64,000 nt of DNA from Kiloniellales bacterium. GTDB lineage: Bacteria; Pseudomonadota; Alphaproteobacteria; Kiloniellales; JAKSDN01. This document shows, piece by piece, positions 55,055 to 64,000 of the stretch (position 1 is its first letter; each line of letters begins with the position of its first letter). A program made the position numbers and the translations under genes. The DNA lies in contig JASJEC010000024.1 of NCBI GenBank assembly GCA_030064845.1, positions 1,102 to 65,101 of the forward strand, given 5' to 3'. The notes beneath the pieces were generated by a model that saw nothing but the letters and a program-made list of their open reading frames with translations, made no database searches and had not been told where the DNA came from.

Positions 55055-55807
55055 TCAGTAAGTGGCGCGGCCGCCGGAGATATCGAACACGCCGCCGGTG
55101 GTGAAGGAGCAGTCCTCGGAGGCGAGCCAGGCCACGAGCGCCGCCACCTCCTCGACGGTGACGAAGCGGCCGCGCGGGATCTTCGACAGCATGTAGTCGA
55201 CGTGCTCCTGGGTGATCTGCTCGAAGATCCGCGTCTTCGCCGCCGCCGGCGTCACGCAGTTGACCGCGATATCCTGGTCGGCCAGTTCCTTGCCGAGGGA
55301 CTTCGTCAGGGCGATGACGCCGGCCTTGGCCGCGCTGTAGGCAGAGGCGTTGGGGTTGCCCTCCTTGCCGGCGATCGAGGCGATGTTGACGATCCTCCCG
55401 TAGCCCCGCTCGCGCATGCCCGGCACCACGGCCCGGCAGCAGAGGAAGACCGCGGTCAGATCGAGATCGATCACCTGCCGCCAGGCCTCGATCGGGTAGT
55501 CCCAGACCTTGACCGCCGGGCCGGCGATCCCGGCGTTGTTGACCAGGATGTCGATCGCGCCGAGTCCCGAGACTGTATCCGCCAGCGCCGCCTCGACCGC
55601 CTCCGGCGCCGTGATGTCGGCCGCGACGGCGTGCACGCGGCCTTGACTGCCGAGCTCGCGCGCGGTTTCCGCGAGCAAATCGGCGTCGAGGTCCCAGAGC
55701 GCGACCGCCGCGCCGCTCTCGAGCATACGTTCGGCGACGGCGCGGCCGATGCCCTGGGCGCCGCCGGTGATGACGGCCCGGCGCCCCTCCAGATCGATGC
55801 GGTTCAC
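55055..55807 (-). CDS. SDR-family oxidoreductase (3-oxoacyl-ACP reductase-like)
   Basis: ITGGAQGIGRA, NNAG, YSAAKAGV. Confidence 0.88.
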   Translation of the reverse strand: MNRIDLEGRRAVITGGAQGIGRAVAERMLESGAAVALWDLDADLLAETARELGSQGRVHAVAADITAPEAVEAALADTVSGLGAIDILVNNAGIAGPAVKVWDYPIEAWRQVIDLDLTAVFLCCRAVVPGMRERGYGRIVNIASIAGKEGNPNASAYSAAKAGVIALTKSLGKELADQDIAVNCVTPAAAKTRIFEQITQEHVDYMLSKIPRGRFVTVEEVAALVAWLASEDCSFTTGGVFDISGGRATY

Positions 55808-55841
55808 CCCGGGCCCCCTGCTCTCTTCGTGGAAACCAAGT

Positions 55842-56408
55842 TCACTCTTCCGGCGTGAACTTCGTGATCTTCGTGCCCTGCAGATCGATCCCGGCCATCA
55901 GGCCCTTCTGCGAGAAGAAGAACACGTAGATGTCGCTCTTGCCCGACGTGGTCGTCAGGGACCCGGCCATGCCCTCGTCCCAGACCGTAATGGTAGGACC
56001 GGTTCCGACCTCCCAGCCGCCGCTCCTGTTCAGGTAGCTGAGCGCCTTGTCGTTCATGAAGTACATGGCGTAACCGACCCACTGCACACCGGCTTGAAGG
56101 CCGAAGGAAAGGGCGACCGAGTTGTAGTACCCGGTGGTCTTTCCGTTCACCCGGAGCGCGCCCTCGCCGCCCTGGGCGCCGATGATCAAGCCGGCCTTGG
56201 CGAGTCGTGGAATGACCAGGATGCCCTTGGCCTCCGGAACCAGAGCCTTGGCGTCGGCCGATTCGCTGTGCAGATTCGCGATCGCCTCATCGACCGCCTT
56301 GTCGATCTCGGCGGCCGAAGCGGCGTCGCTGGTCGAGGGTGTCAGGGAACCAGACGCCAAGAGAACTACGGCCACCAACCACCTCAGAGGAAACCATTTT
56401 CTAGCCAT
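55842..56408 (-). CDS. secreted SYLF / Ysc84-like (DUF500) domain protein
   Basis: Signal peptide MARKWFPLRWLVAVVLLASG. GILVIPRLAKAGLIIGAQGGEGAL...ALSFGLQAGVQ...GLMAGIDLQGTKI. Confidence 0.8.
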   Translation of the reverse strand: MARKWFPLRWLVAVVLLASGSLTPSTSDAASAAEIDKAVDEAIANLHSESADAKALVPEAKGILVIPRLAKAGLIIGAQGGEGALRVNGKTTGYYNSVALSFGLQAGVQWVGYAMYFMNDKALSYLNRSGGWEVGTGPTITVWDEGMAGSLTTTSGKSDIYVFFFSQKGLMAGIDLQGTKITKFTPEE

Positions 56409-56591
56409 TGGCTTTACCCCAGATTAGGCCGGAACAAAAAACGCGGGCGCGCCGGCCCGGCCCCGTTACGAGCGTGAGGCTAGCATCATTCACGTTCTGC
56501 CGCCACGACCGACACGTGGCGGCCGCCGCGAGGCGAGCGAGCGGACGAACCCAGCTTGCCTGCGGCGGCGGGGTGTTCTACCGATAGCGGT

Positions 56592-57692
56592 ATGGCCAAG
56601 CGCGCGCGCCCCCTCAGCTACGGCGGTCATCTGCAGCTCGACAAGCTGCTCGCGTGCCAGCAGCGCCAGAGCGCGGAGCTGGGCAGGCCGGCGCACGACG
56701 AGATGCTCTTCATCATCGTGCATCAGACCTACGAGCTCTGGTTCAAGCAGATCCTGTTCGAGCTCGACCGCATCGAGCAGATCTTCTCGGAGTCCGCGGT
56801 CGACGACCGTGACCTGGCGGTTGCGGACCGCGGCCTCGCCCGCATCGTCGAGATCCAGAAGCTGCTGCTGCAGCAGCTCGACGTGCTCGAAACCATGACG
56901 CCGCTCGATTTTCTCGACTTCCGCGACACCCTCTTCCCGGCCTCCGGCTTCCAGAGCCTGCAGTTCCGGTTGCTCGAAACGAAGCTCGGGTTGCGCCGGG
57001 GCGACCGGATCGCCTTCGAGGCGCGGCCCTTCGACAGCCGCCTGACCCGCGGCGACCGCGCCAGGCTGAAAGACGCGGAAGCGCGGCCGTCGCTGTTCGC
57101 GCTGGTCGAGTCCTGGCTGACCCGCACGCCCTTCATCGAGCTGCCGGACTACGACTTCACCGCCGTCTTCCGTCAGGCGGTGGCTGACATGCTGGACGCC
57201 GAGGCCGCGGTGATCCGCGACAACCCGGCGCTCGACGAGGCGCAGAAGAGCGAAGACCTCGAAAGTCTCGCGGCGGCGAGCGCGCGCTTCGATTCGCTCT
57301 TCGACGAAGAGGTGCACGGCCGCCTACAGGCCGAGGGGCGCTGGCGCTTCTCCGCGCGAGCGCTTCAAGCGGCGCTCTTCATCACGCTCTACCGTGACGA
57401 GCCCGCACTCAACGTGCCGTTCCGCTTCCTCGGCCACCTGATGGACATCGACGTGGGCCTAACCAACTGGCGCCAGCGCCACGCCCTAATGGTGCTGCGC
57501 ATGATCGGCCGCAAGGTCGGCACCGGCGGGTCGTCGGGGCACGACTACCTGCGGCAGACCGCCGAGCGGCATCGCCTGTTCGACGACCTCTTCGCGCTCT
57601 CCACCTTTCTGATCCCGAGGTCCAAGCTGCCGCCCCTGCCCGAGGAACTGAGGCGGGTCCTCGGCTACCGTTACAACGGGACCGGGGCGTGA
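56592..57692 (+). CDS. kynA: tryptophan 2,3-dioxygenase (long, eukaryote-like form)
   Basis: Trimmed to ATG 56592. [49 protein letters not shown]. 366 aa. Confidence 0.88.
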   Translation: [366 protein letters not shown]

Positions 57693-58855
57693 ACCTGAAG
57701 CCGCACTTCGGTCGCTTCCTCGAGGCCGATCCGGAACGTCTGCATTTCGCCGCCCACAGCCACCACCTCTGGCCCGACGTGACGCTGAAGGCACAGGAGC
57801 GTTGTTGGCGCGACGCAGCGCGCCTCGCCGACCGCAAGTGGGAGATGATCTTCGGCGAGCTCTATCCGGAAACCCAGCGCCAGGTCGCCGCGATCCTGAA
57901 TCTGCCCGATCCGGCGACCCTGGCCTTCGGCCCGAACACGCACGCCTTTCTTTTGCGACTGCTCTCGTGTCTCGACCCGGGGCGTCCTCCCAAGGTGCTG
58001 ACGACCGACAGCGAGTTCCACAGCTTCGAGCGCCAAATGTCGCGGCTCGAGGAGGACGGCCTCGCGAACGTCACGCGCGTCGCGGCGGAGCCTTTCGAGA
58101 GTCTGACCGAGCGCCTGGTCGACGCGGCGTCGCCCGGCGGCTACGACCTCGTCTATGTGAGCCATGTCTTCTACAACTCGGGCTATGCCCTGCCCGATCT
58201 GGCGGCCGTGGTCCGCGCCGTGCCCGACGGGGAAGCGCTGATCGTGATCGACGGCTACCACGGCTTCATGGCACTGGAGACCGACCTTTCGGGGCTCGCC
58301 GACCGGGTCTTCTACACCTCCGGCGGCTACAAGTACGCCATGGCCGGCGAAGGGGTCTGCTTCCTCCATTGCCCCGCCGGCTACGGCACGAGGCCGTGGA
58401 ACACGGGCTGGTTCGCCGCCTTCGACGCCCTGGCCGACGGACCGGAGGCGAGAACCGCCTACGGTCCCGGAGCCAACCGCTTTCTGGGCGCGACCTTCGA
58501 TCCGGTCGGGATCTACCGGCAGAACGCCGTGCTGTCCTGGCTGGACTCCCTGGGCCTTACCATCGCCGATATCCACGACCACGTCTGCCACTTGCAGCGC
58601 GCCTTCATCGACGGCCTCGAGAACCTGGCGCTGCCAGACCTGCGGCCCGAAGACCTCGTCGTGCCGCTGGCCGAACCGAACCGCGGCAATTTCCTGACCT
58701 TTCGGACCGAGGGCGCGGGCGACCTGCACCGCCGGCTTATGGCGGCCAAGATCGTCACCGACTTCCGGGGCGACCGCCTGCGATTCGGCTTCGGGATCTA
58801 CCAGACGCGCGACGACGTCGAGCGCCTGCTGGCGCGTCTCGCCAAGCTCACCTGA
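57689..58855 (+). CDS. kynureninase-family / class V fold PLP enzyme (divergent)
   Basis: GTG start overlaps the kynA TGA. HVFYNSGY, DGYHG, the lysine motif SGGYKYAMAGEG, TGWFAAF and C-terminal DFRGDRLRFGF parallel the kynureninase blocks as I remember them. Confidence 0.7.
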   Translation: MNLKPHFGRFLEADPERLHFAAHSHHLWPDVTLKAQERCWRDAARLADRKWEMIFGELYPETQRQVAAILNLPDPATLAFGPNTHAFLLRLLSCLDPGRPPKVLTTDSEFHSFERQMSRLEEDGLANVTRVAAEPFESLTERLVDAASPGGYDLVYVSHVFYNSGYALPDLAAVVRAVPDGEALIVIDGYHGFMALETDLSGLADRVFYTSGGYKYAMAGEGVCFLHCPAGYGTRPWNTGWFAAFDALADGPEARTAYGPGANRFLGATFDPVGIYRQNAVLSWLDSLGLTIADIHDHVCHLQRAFIDGLENLALPDLRPEDLVVPLAEPNRGNFLTFRTEGAGDLHRRLMAAKIVTDFRGDRLRFGFGIYQTRDDVERLLARLAKLT

Positions 58856-58980
58856 TCGGGGACCGAATTCCGCCAGACCGGGCCGACCGGCTGCGGCCTT
58901 TCCTATCCCTCACCCGTTTCCCGTGCTAAGCTTCTGATTAGTAGACAGAAACTTGGATTCTCCTGGGGAGGGACGCGGCC

Positions 58981-59973
58981 GTGAAGAAGTTCTTGAATTC
59001 AGTCGACACCATCTTGAGCGAGAGCCTCGAGGGCTTCGTCTCCGCCCACGCGGAGATCCTCAAGCTGCATCGCGAGCCGACCTTCGTCACGCGGGCAGAC
59101 GCGCCGGTCAAGGGCAAGGTCGCGCTGATCTCCGGCGGCGGAAGCGGCCACGAGCCCCTGCACGGCGGCCTGGTCGGACGCGGCATGCTCGACGCCGCCT
59201 GTCCGGGCGAGGTCTTCACCTCGCCGACGCCGGATCAGATGGTGGCGGCCGCCGAGGCCGTCGACGGCGGCGCGGGCGTGCTCTTCATCGTCAAGAATTA
59301 CTCCGGCGACGTCATGAACTTCGAAATGGCCGCCGAGATGTATGAAGGCGACCAGGCCACCGTGCTGACCAATGACGACGTCGCCGTCGAGGACAGCACC
59401 TTCACCACAGGCCGGCGTGGTGTGGCGGGCACCCTGGTGGTCGAGAAGATCGTCGGCGCAGCCGCCGAGGGCGGCGCCGATCTGGCGGCCTGCGAGGCGC
59501 TGGGAACGCGGGTCAACGCAGCGACAGGGTCCATGGGCGTCGCGCTCACCAGCTGCACGGTTCCCGCGGCCGGCAAGCCGACCTTCGACATCGGCGAGAC
59601 GGAGATGGAGATGGGCGTGGGGATCCACGGCGAGCCCGGCCGCCGCCGGGTCGCGCTCGGCTCTGCCGGCGAGATCGCCGGCGAGATGACCGGCGCGATC
59701 CTGGAGGACCTCAAACCGGACAGCGGCCGCAAGGCGCTGCTGCTGGTCAACGGCTTCGGCGCGACTCCGATGATGGAGCTCACGCTGATGTACAAGCTGG
59801 CGCGCGAAGCCTTCGAACAGAGCGGTGTCGAGGTCGCGCGCAGCCTAGTGGGCAACTACGTCACCTCGCTCGACATGGCCGGCTGTTCCGTGACCCTGAC
59901 CCTGCTGGACGACGAAATAGCGGGCTACTGGGACGCCCCGGTCAACACCTCGGCGCTGCGCTGGGGCTGCTGA
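58981..59973 (+). CDS. dhaK: dihydroxyacetone kinase subunit DhaK
   Basis: GTG start after GGGGAGGG. KVALISGGGSGHEPLHGG, IVKNYSGDVMNFEMA. Confidence 0.93.
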   Translation: MKKFLNSVDTILSESLEGFVSAHAEILKLHREPTFVTRADAPVKGKVALISGGGSGHEPLHGGLVGRGMLDAACPGEVFTSPTPDQMVAAAEAVDGGAGVLFIVKNYSGDVMNFEMAAEMYEGDQATVLTNDDVAVEDSTFTTGRRGVAGTLVVEKIVGAAAEGGADLAACEALGTRVNAATGSMGVALTSCTVPAAGKPTFDIGETEMEMGVGIHGEPGRRRVALGSAGEIAGEMTGAILEDLKPDSGRKALLLVNGFGATPMMELTLMYKLAREAFEQSGVEVARSLVGNYVTSLDMAGCSVTLTLLDDEIAGYWDAPVNTSALRWGC

Positions 59974-59980
59974 GCGCCCG

Positions 59981-60409
59981 TCAGTCCTTCGCCATGATCT
60001 CGGCCATGCGCCGCGCCATCTCGCGTATCAGGTCTTCGAGCGCCTTCTGCCGCGACGGGTCGTCCATGACCGGGACCTCGACCTCCAGCGTGGTCGTCAC
60101 GCCGGGCGCGGCGGCATGGCCGAGCTGGCGCGACTGGTTCGGGTGGGCCGCCCGATAGGCGGCCAGGAAGGCTTCCCGTTCCGCCGGCGAGAGGTGGCAG
60201 ACCTCCATGATCGGGCCGACGTGGCGCACCGGCAGCGGCGTCGGGTCGAGCGGCGAGGTGATCTGGGAAACGAAGCTCTTGTGGGTTCCCAGCACGCGCG
60301 CGATGCGCAGCCGCATGCCCGACGGTCGCTGGTCGATGAAGGACCGCAGGACCTTCTTGTAGGCCGCGATCAGCTCCTGCTTGTTGATCCGGACAGCCTG
60401 CTCAGCCAT
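59981..60409 (-). CDS. hypothetical HTH-containing protein (142 aa)
   Basis: Start overlaps the EI stop by 8 nt. Probable helix-turn-helix RLRIARVLGTHKSFVSQI. The rest is unrecognised. Confidence 0.55.
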   Translation of the reverse strand: MAEQAVRINKQELIAAYKKVLRSFIDQRPSGMRLRIARVLGTHKSFVSQITSPLDPTPLPVRHVGPIMEVCHLSPAEREAFLAAYRAAHPNQSRQLGHAAAPGVTTTLEVEVPVMDDPSRQKALEDLIREMARRMAEIMAKD

Positions 60410-62039
60410 GGCTTTCGATCCGCCCGCTTCCGATCCGATGTGCGCGGACCGCGGCCTTCACCAAGCCGAGCGCCGCCGGCGGGACCGAGAGCGTTCGGAT
60501 CCCGGCATCCAGCAAGGCCGGCACCTGCGCCGGCAGGCTCGCCATCTCTCCGCAGACGCTGACCTCCAAGCGCTTCGCCGCGCCGGCGGTGGAGACCCGG
60601 GCGATCAGCTCCAGCACGGCGGGATTGAGCGGGTCCTGCAGGTACTTAAGGCCGAGGCTGTCCCGACTGGCCGCCATGACGTACTGGACCAAGTCGTTGG
60701 TGCCGATCGAGAAGAAATCGCTCGCGAAAGACTCGACGGCAAGCGCGGCGGCGGGCGTTTCCACCATCATGCCGAAGGCCGGCATGGCCGCCTCCGTGCC
60801 CTCGGCCTTCAAGGCCGTCACCGCCTCCGTCATCAGCGCCCGCGCCTGGTCGAGCTCGTCGGGTGTGGCGACCATGGGGACCATGACCTTGAGCCTGCCG
60901 TGGCACGCCGCGCGCGCGAGGGCGCGCAGCTGGACCCGGAAGACCTCGGGATGCGCCAGCGACAGCCGGACGCCCCTGACGCCGAGGAAGGGGTTGGCCT
61001 CGCTCTCGGGCGTGAGCCCGGGAATCGGCTTGTCGGCGCCGGCGTCCAGGGTGCGCACCGTCACCGGCCGCTCGCCGGCCCAGTAGAGCAGGCCCCGGTA
61101 GATCCGGTACTGCCGCTCCTCGTCGGGCAGGCCCTCGCCGAACAGGAACTCGGTCCGGGTGAGACCGATGCCGTCGCAGTGGTCGGGGTCGACGTCCTGA
61201 AGCATGGTCGGATCGTCGACGTTGAGCAGAACCGCGATCCCGGTCCCGTCAGCGGTGACCGCCGGCTCGGACAGAAGTTCGTCCTGGGCCCGCCGGACGG
61301 CCTCCCGGTCGGCGATCTGCCGGCTGTAGGCCGCGCCCCGATCGGCCGTGGGCCGCAGGATCAGGCAGCCCTGCTCCGCATCGATCACCGCCTCGGCCCC
61401 GGGCTCTATGTCCTGGGGATCGCTGGCGAGGTTGATCAGGAAGGGAACGCCCCGGGCGCGCGCCAGCATCGCCACGTGGCTGTTTGCGCTACCGCCGGCG
61501 AGCGCGACCCCCTTCGCCTTCGTCCAATCCATGTCGAGGAAACGGCTGGGCGTCAGCTCGCCGGCCACCACGATGGCGCGCTCGGGCAGGACCTCTTCCT
61601 CCCGGTTCTCGCCGCCGAGGGCGACCAGCACCCGGTCGCGCAGATCGATCAGGTCCTCCGCCCGGGCTTGAAAATAGTCGTCGCCGGACGCCTGATAGTC
61701 CTGGATCTGGATGTTCAAGGCATCGCCGAAGGCCCCCGCCGCCGGCTCGCCGCCCGCCATCGCCTCCTGCGCGGGCGCGACCAGTTCGGGGTCGGCAAGC
61801 ATTGCAATCTGGAACGCCAGGATCTCCGCCGCCGTTTCGTCGCCTTCAGCCGCCAGCTCCTCGAGCTCCTTCGCCGCCCGCCGCAGCGCCAGATCGAGCG
61901 CTTTGCGCTCTTCCTCCACCGGACGGCGTTCCGCGGCCAGCGTCTGCCAGCGCGGCGGGCGGGCCCGGTGAATGACCCCCATGGCGAGGCCCGGTGCCGC
62001 GACCTCGGCGCCGATTACGCGTTCAGGCGGGCTGCTCAT
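60402..62039 (-). CDS. PEP-protein phosphotransferase (enzyme I-type, DhaM-associated)
   Basis: Trimmed to ATG 62039 (17-nt overlap with the HPr gene). GGSANSHVAMLARARGVPFL phospho-His block, GLTRTEFLF, and FFSIGTNDLVQY. Confidence 0.88.
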   Translation of the reverse strand: MSSPPERVIGAEVAAPGLAMGVIHRARPPRWQTLAAERRPVEEERKALDLALRRAAKELEELAAEGDETAAEILAFQIAMLADPELVAPAQEAMAGGEPAAGAFGDALNIQIQDYQASGDDYFQARAEDLIDLRDRVLVALGGENREEEVLPERAIVVAGELTPSRFLDMDWTKAKGVALAGGSANSHVAMLARARGVPFLINLASDPQDIEPGAEAVIDAEQGCLILRPTADRGAAYSRQIADREAVRRAQDELLSEPAVTADGTGIAVLLNVDDPTMLQDVDPDHCDGIGLTRTEFLFGEGLPDEERQYRIYRGLLYWAGERPVTVRTLDAGADKPIPGLTPESEANPFLGVRGVRLSLAHPEVFRVQLRALARAACHGRLKVMVPMVATPDELDQARALMTEAVTALKAEGTEAAMPAFGMMVETPAAALAVESFASDFFSIGTNDLVQYVMAASRDSLGLKYLQDPLNPAVLELIARVSTAGAAKRLEVSVCGEMASLPAQVPALLDAGIRTLSVPPAALGLVKAAVRAHRIGSGRIESHG

Positions 62040-62316
62040 CGAACCTGCGCTCGACCAAGTGGACGAGGGCCGCGACCGCTTGCTGCGCGTCGGCGCCACG
62101 CGCCTCGAAGAACAGCGTCTCGCTGGTCCGCGCCTTGAGCTTCATCACCTTGACGATGCTCTTCGCGTCGACCCAGTCACCGCCGTCGCCGACCCGAAGC
62201 CGAACCTCGCTGGAGAAGCTCGCGGCCAGCTGCGTCAGCTTGACGGCCGGGCGGGCGTGCAGGCCGACGTCGTGGGAGATAATGGTCCGCCCCTCGGCGA
62301 CAGTCTCGTCAGTCAT
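62023..62316 (-). CDS. HPr-family phosphocarrier protein
   Basis: 97 aa with the GLHARPA active-site His motif. Confidence 0.88.
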   Translation of the reverse strand: MTDETVAEGRTIISHDVGLHARPAVKLTQLAASFSSEVRLRVGDGGDWVDAKSIVKVMKLKARTSETLFFEARGADAQQAVAALVHLVERRFDEQPA

Positions 62317-62332
62317 GCTCGGTCCCCGCGTA

Positions 62333-62725
62333 TCATGAACCCGACTCCTCGGCGGCGGCGCGGACCTCGGCCAGCGAGCTGCCGGTCGACGCCTGGGTCG
62401 CCGCCATGACAGCGCCCTCGACGATCGGCGCGTCGCAGATCGAGACCGTGCCGCGGCGATCCTCGGGCAGGAGCTCGATGGCCATCTCGGCGTTCATTTC
62501 CGCGCCGCCCAGATCGACCAGCAGGGCCACGCCGGCCGGGCTCCAGACCTTCTCGATGCTCTCGCTGATGCGCGCGACGTCGGTGCCGAGCCCGCCGTCG
62601 GCGTTGCCGCCGCACCAGGCGACGCCGACGGTCTCGCCGACCATCTGCCGCACCATCTCGGAAGTGCCCCGGGCGACGTCCGGCGAGTGCGAAACGATCA
62701 CGATGGCCACCTTGTCTCCGCTCAT
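62333..62725 (-). CDS. dhaM: dihydroxyacetone kinase phosphotransfer subunit DhaM (EIIA-mannose-type domain only)
   Basis: VAIVIVSHSPDVARG (phospho-His), LVDLGGAEMN. 130 aa. Confidence 0.85.
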   Translation of the reverse strand: MSGDKVAIVIVSHSPDVARGTSEMVRQMVGETVGVAWCGGNADGGLGTDVARISESIEKVWSPAGVALLVDLGGAEMNAEMAIELLPEDRRGTVSICDAPIVEGAVMAATQASTGSSLAEVRAAAEESGS

Positions 62726-63354
62726 AGCTCTTCTCCAAACACGGCGCAGACCTCCTTGATCAAAAGGCAGCTCGACATGGCGCCCGGATCGAGATGACCG
62801 ATGCTGCGTTCGCCGAGAAAGGAGGCGCGGCCCTTGGTCGCCCGCATCGGGCGGGTCGCTTCCAGGCCCTGCTCGGCGGCCGCGTTAAGCCGGTCGATCA
62901 GAGCCGCCGGCGGCACGCCCTCGGCCAGGCCCTGCTCGAAGGCCTCCTGGACCGGCACCAGGACGTCCAGCATGGTCTTCTCGCCGGCCTCGGACTTGCC
63001 GCGCTGCTTCACCGCCGTGACGCCTTCCGCGAAGGCCGCCGCGACGCCGGGGCCGTCAAGCTCGGCGCGGTCGCCGGCCGCCTTGGCCATGCCCAAGAGG
63101 AGGCTGCCGTAGAGCGGACCCGAAGCGCCGCCCACCTTCATGACCAGGGTCAAGCCCGCCTTCTTCAGGGCCGGACCGGGCTGAAGCGCGCTCAGTTCAT
63201 CGGCGATCGCCGCGATCTCGTCGAAACCGCGCTTCATGTTGAGGCCGTGATCGCCGTCGCCGATCGCCTGGTCGAGCGCCGTCAGGTTCTCGACGTGGGC
63301 CGCGATGACTCCCGCCGTTCGCTCGACGACCCGCTTCATCAATTCAGGTTCCAT
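62722..63354 (-). CDS. dhaL: dihydroxyacetone kinase subunit DhaL
   Basis: Trimmed to ATG 63354 (GGAGG upstream). LDQAIGDGDHGLNMKRGF, GGASGPLYG. Confidence 0.92.
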   Translation of the reverse strand: MEPELMKRVVERTAGVIAAHVENLTALDQAIGDGDHGLNMKRGFDEIAAIADELSALQPGPALKKAGLTLVMKVGGASGPLYGSLLLGMAKAAGDRAELDGPGVAAAFAEGVTAVKQRGKSEAGEKTMLDVLVPVQEAFEQGLAEGVPPAALIDRLNAAAEQGLEATRPMRATKGRASFLGERSIGHLDPGAMSSCLLIKEVCAVFGEEL

Positions 63355-64000
63355 AGGCAGCCTCCACCTTCGCACCCGCGGGACCGCTCGGGATCCGATT
63401 GCCGTCGCCGTCGAACGCGAGGGCCGCCCCGGGGCGCACCGCGATACTGGTCTTCTCGCCCTCGGCGACCGGGTCGTGAGCGCCGAGCAGCGCCCTGACG
63501 CTCTCGCCTTCCGCCGAGAGCAGCACCAACGTCTCGACGCCGAGATGCTCGACCGCGAGGACCTCGGCGGGAACGCCCTCTGCCTGGTGCAGGCGGACGT
63601 CCTCGGGCCTGACGCCGATCGTCTCGGCCCCGGGCGGCAGGTCTTCGAGGCCCAGGCGGCCGCGCGGCACCAGGTTGATCTGCGGGCTGCCCAGCCGCCG
63701 GGCGACGTGGATGTTGCTGGGCTGCTCGTAGACCTCGCGCGGCGAACCGATCTGAACCAGGCGGCCTTCCGACAGCACGCCGATGCGGTCCGCCAGGGTC
63801 ATGGCTTCCAGCTGGTCGTGGGTGACGTAGAGGATGGTGGCGCCCAGGTCGCGCTGGATGCGCTTCAGCTCGACCCTCAGGTCTTCGCGTAGCTTGGCGT
63901 CGAGCGACGACAGAGGCTCGTCCATCAGGTAGATCGCCGGCTCGCGGACCAGCGCCCGGCCGATCGCGACCCTCTGCATCTCGCCGCCGGAGAGCTGGGT
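63344..64000 (-). CDS. ABC transporter ATP-binding protein, MalK/UgpC-type (5' part outside window)
   Basis: The reading frame stays open to the window edge (TQLSGGEMQRVAIGRAL, YLMDEPLSSLD, TILYVTHDQ) and has a C-terminal regulatory/OB domain. The stop overlaps the dhaL start by 11 nt. Confidence 0.88.
   Translation of the reverse strand, partial: TQLSGGEMQRVAIGRALVREPAIYLMDEPLSSLDAKLREDLRVELKRIQRDLGATILYVTHDQLEAMTLADRIGVLSEGRLVQIGSPREVYEQPSNIHVARRLGSPQINLVPRGRLGLEDLPPGAETIGVRPEDVRLHQAEGVPAEVLAVEHLGVETLVLLSAEGESVRALLGAHDPVAEGEKTSIAVRPGAALAFDGDGNRIPSGPAGAKVEAAYGT

Overview
High-GC (roughly two-thirds GC) chromosomal segment with alphaproteobacterial gene content: recG / sdhE-mfd synteny, Tad-type pseudopilins, and a PGLDPGIH-type palindromic repeat. 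It is densely coding, with about 68 CDS, 2 tRNAs and a few intergenic repeats. I had no similarity search or HMM; all calls rest on motifs I recognise in the translations and on my own reading of the DNA. Most long ORFs in the track are GC-driven shadow ORFs antisense to real genes.

Gene content in order:
- acyl-CoA dehydrogenase (partial), SDR, acyl-CoA synthetase
- DsbA-like protein
- mfd, sdhE; an orphan acidic protein; recG
- tandem-duplicated DUF502 protein
- fluoroacetate-dehalogenase-like hydrolase
- two tRNA-Leu genes
- Sel1 protein
- upp-URC4-URC1 operon facing a uracil permease
- secreted cytochrome-P460-like protein with a (N/S)PC cysteine-repeat array
- Rrf2-sufBCDSUT-A operon
- HExxH orphan protein
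- a 28% GC island followed by an orphan tadG/tadE/tadE module
- thioesterase, FAD/GcvT dehydrogenase, non-Pyl MttB and BKACE in one operon
- SUKH fusion protein; TetR regulator
- a 272-bp MITE-like element
- about 13 sugar-acid or hydroxy-acid enzymes in two divergent operons
- DUF1523-like / AIM24 pair; SDRs; SYLF protein
- kynA plus a kynureninase-like gene
- a split PTS-dependent dihydroxyacetone kinase system next to an ABC ATPase (partial)

The best candidates for something undescribed are the P460 / Cys-repeat protein and the BKACE-MttB-FAD/GcvT-thioesterase operon, which has no corrinoid partner.
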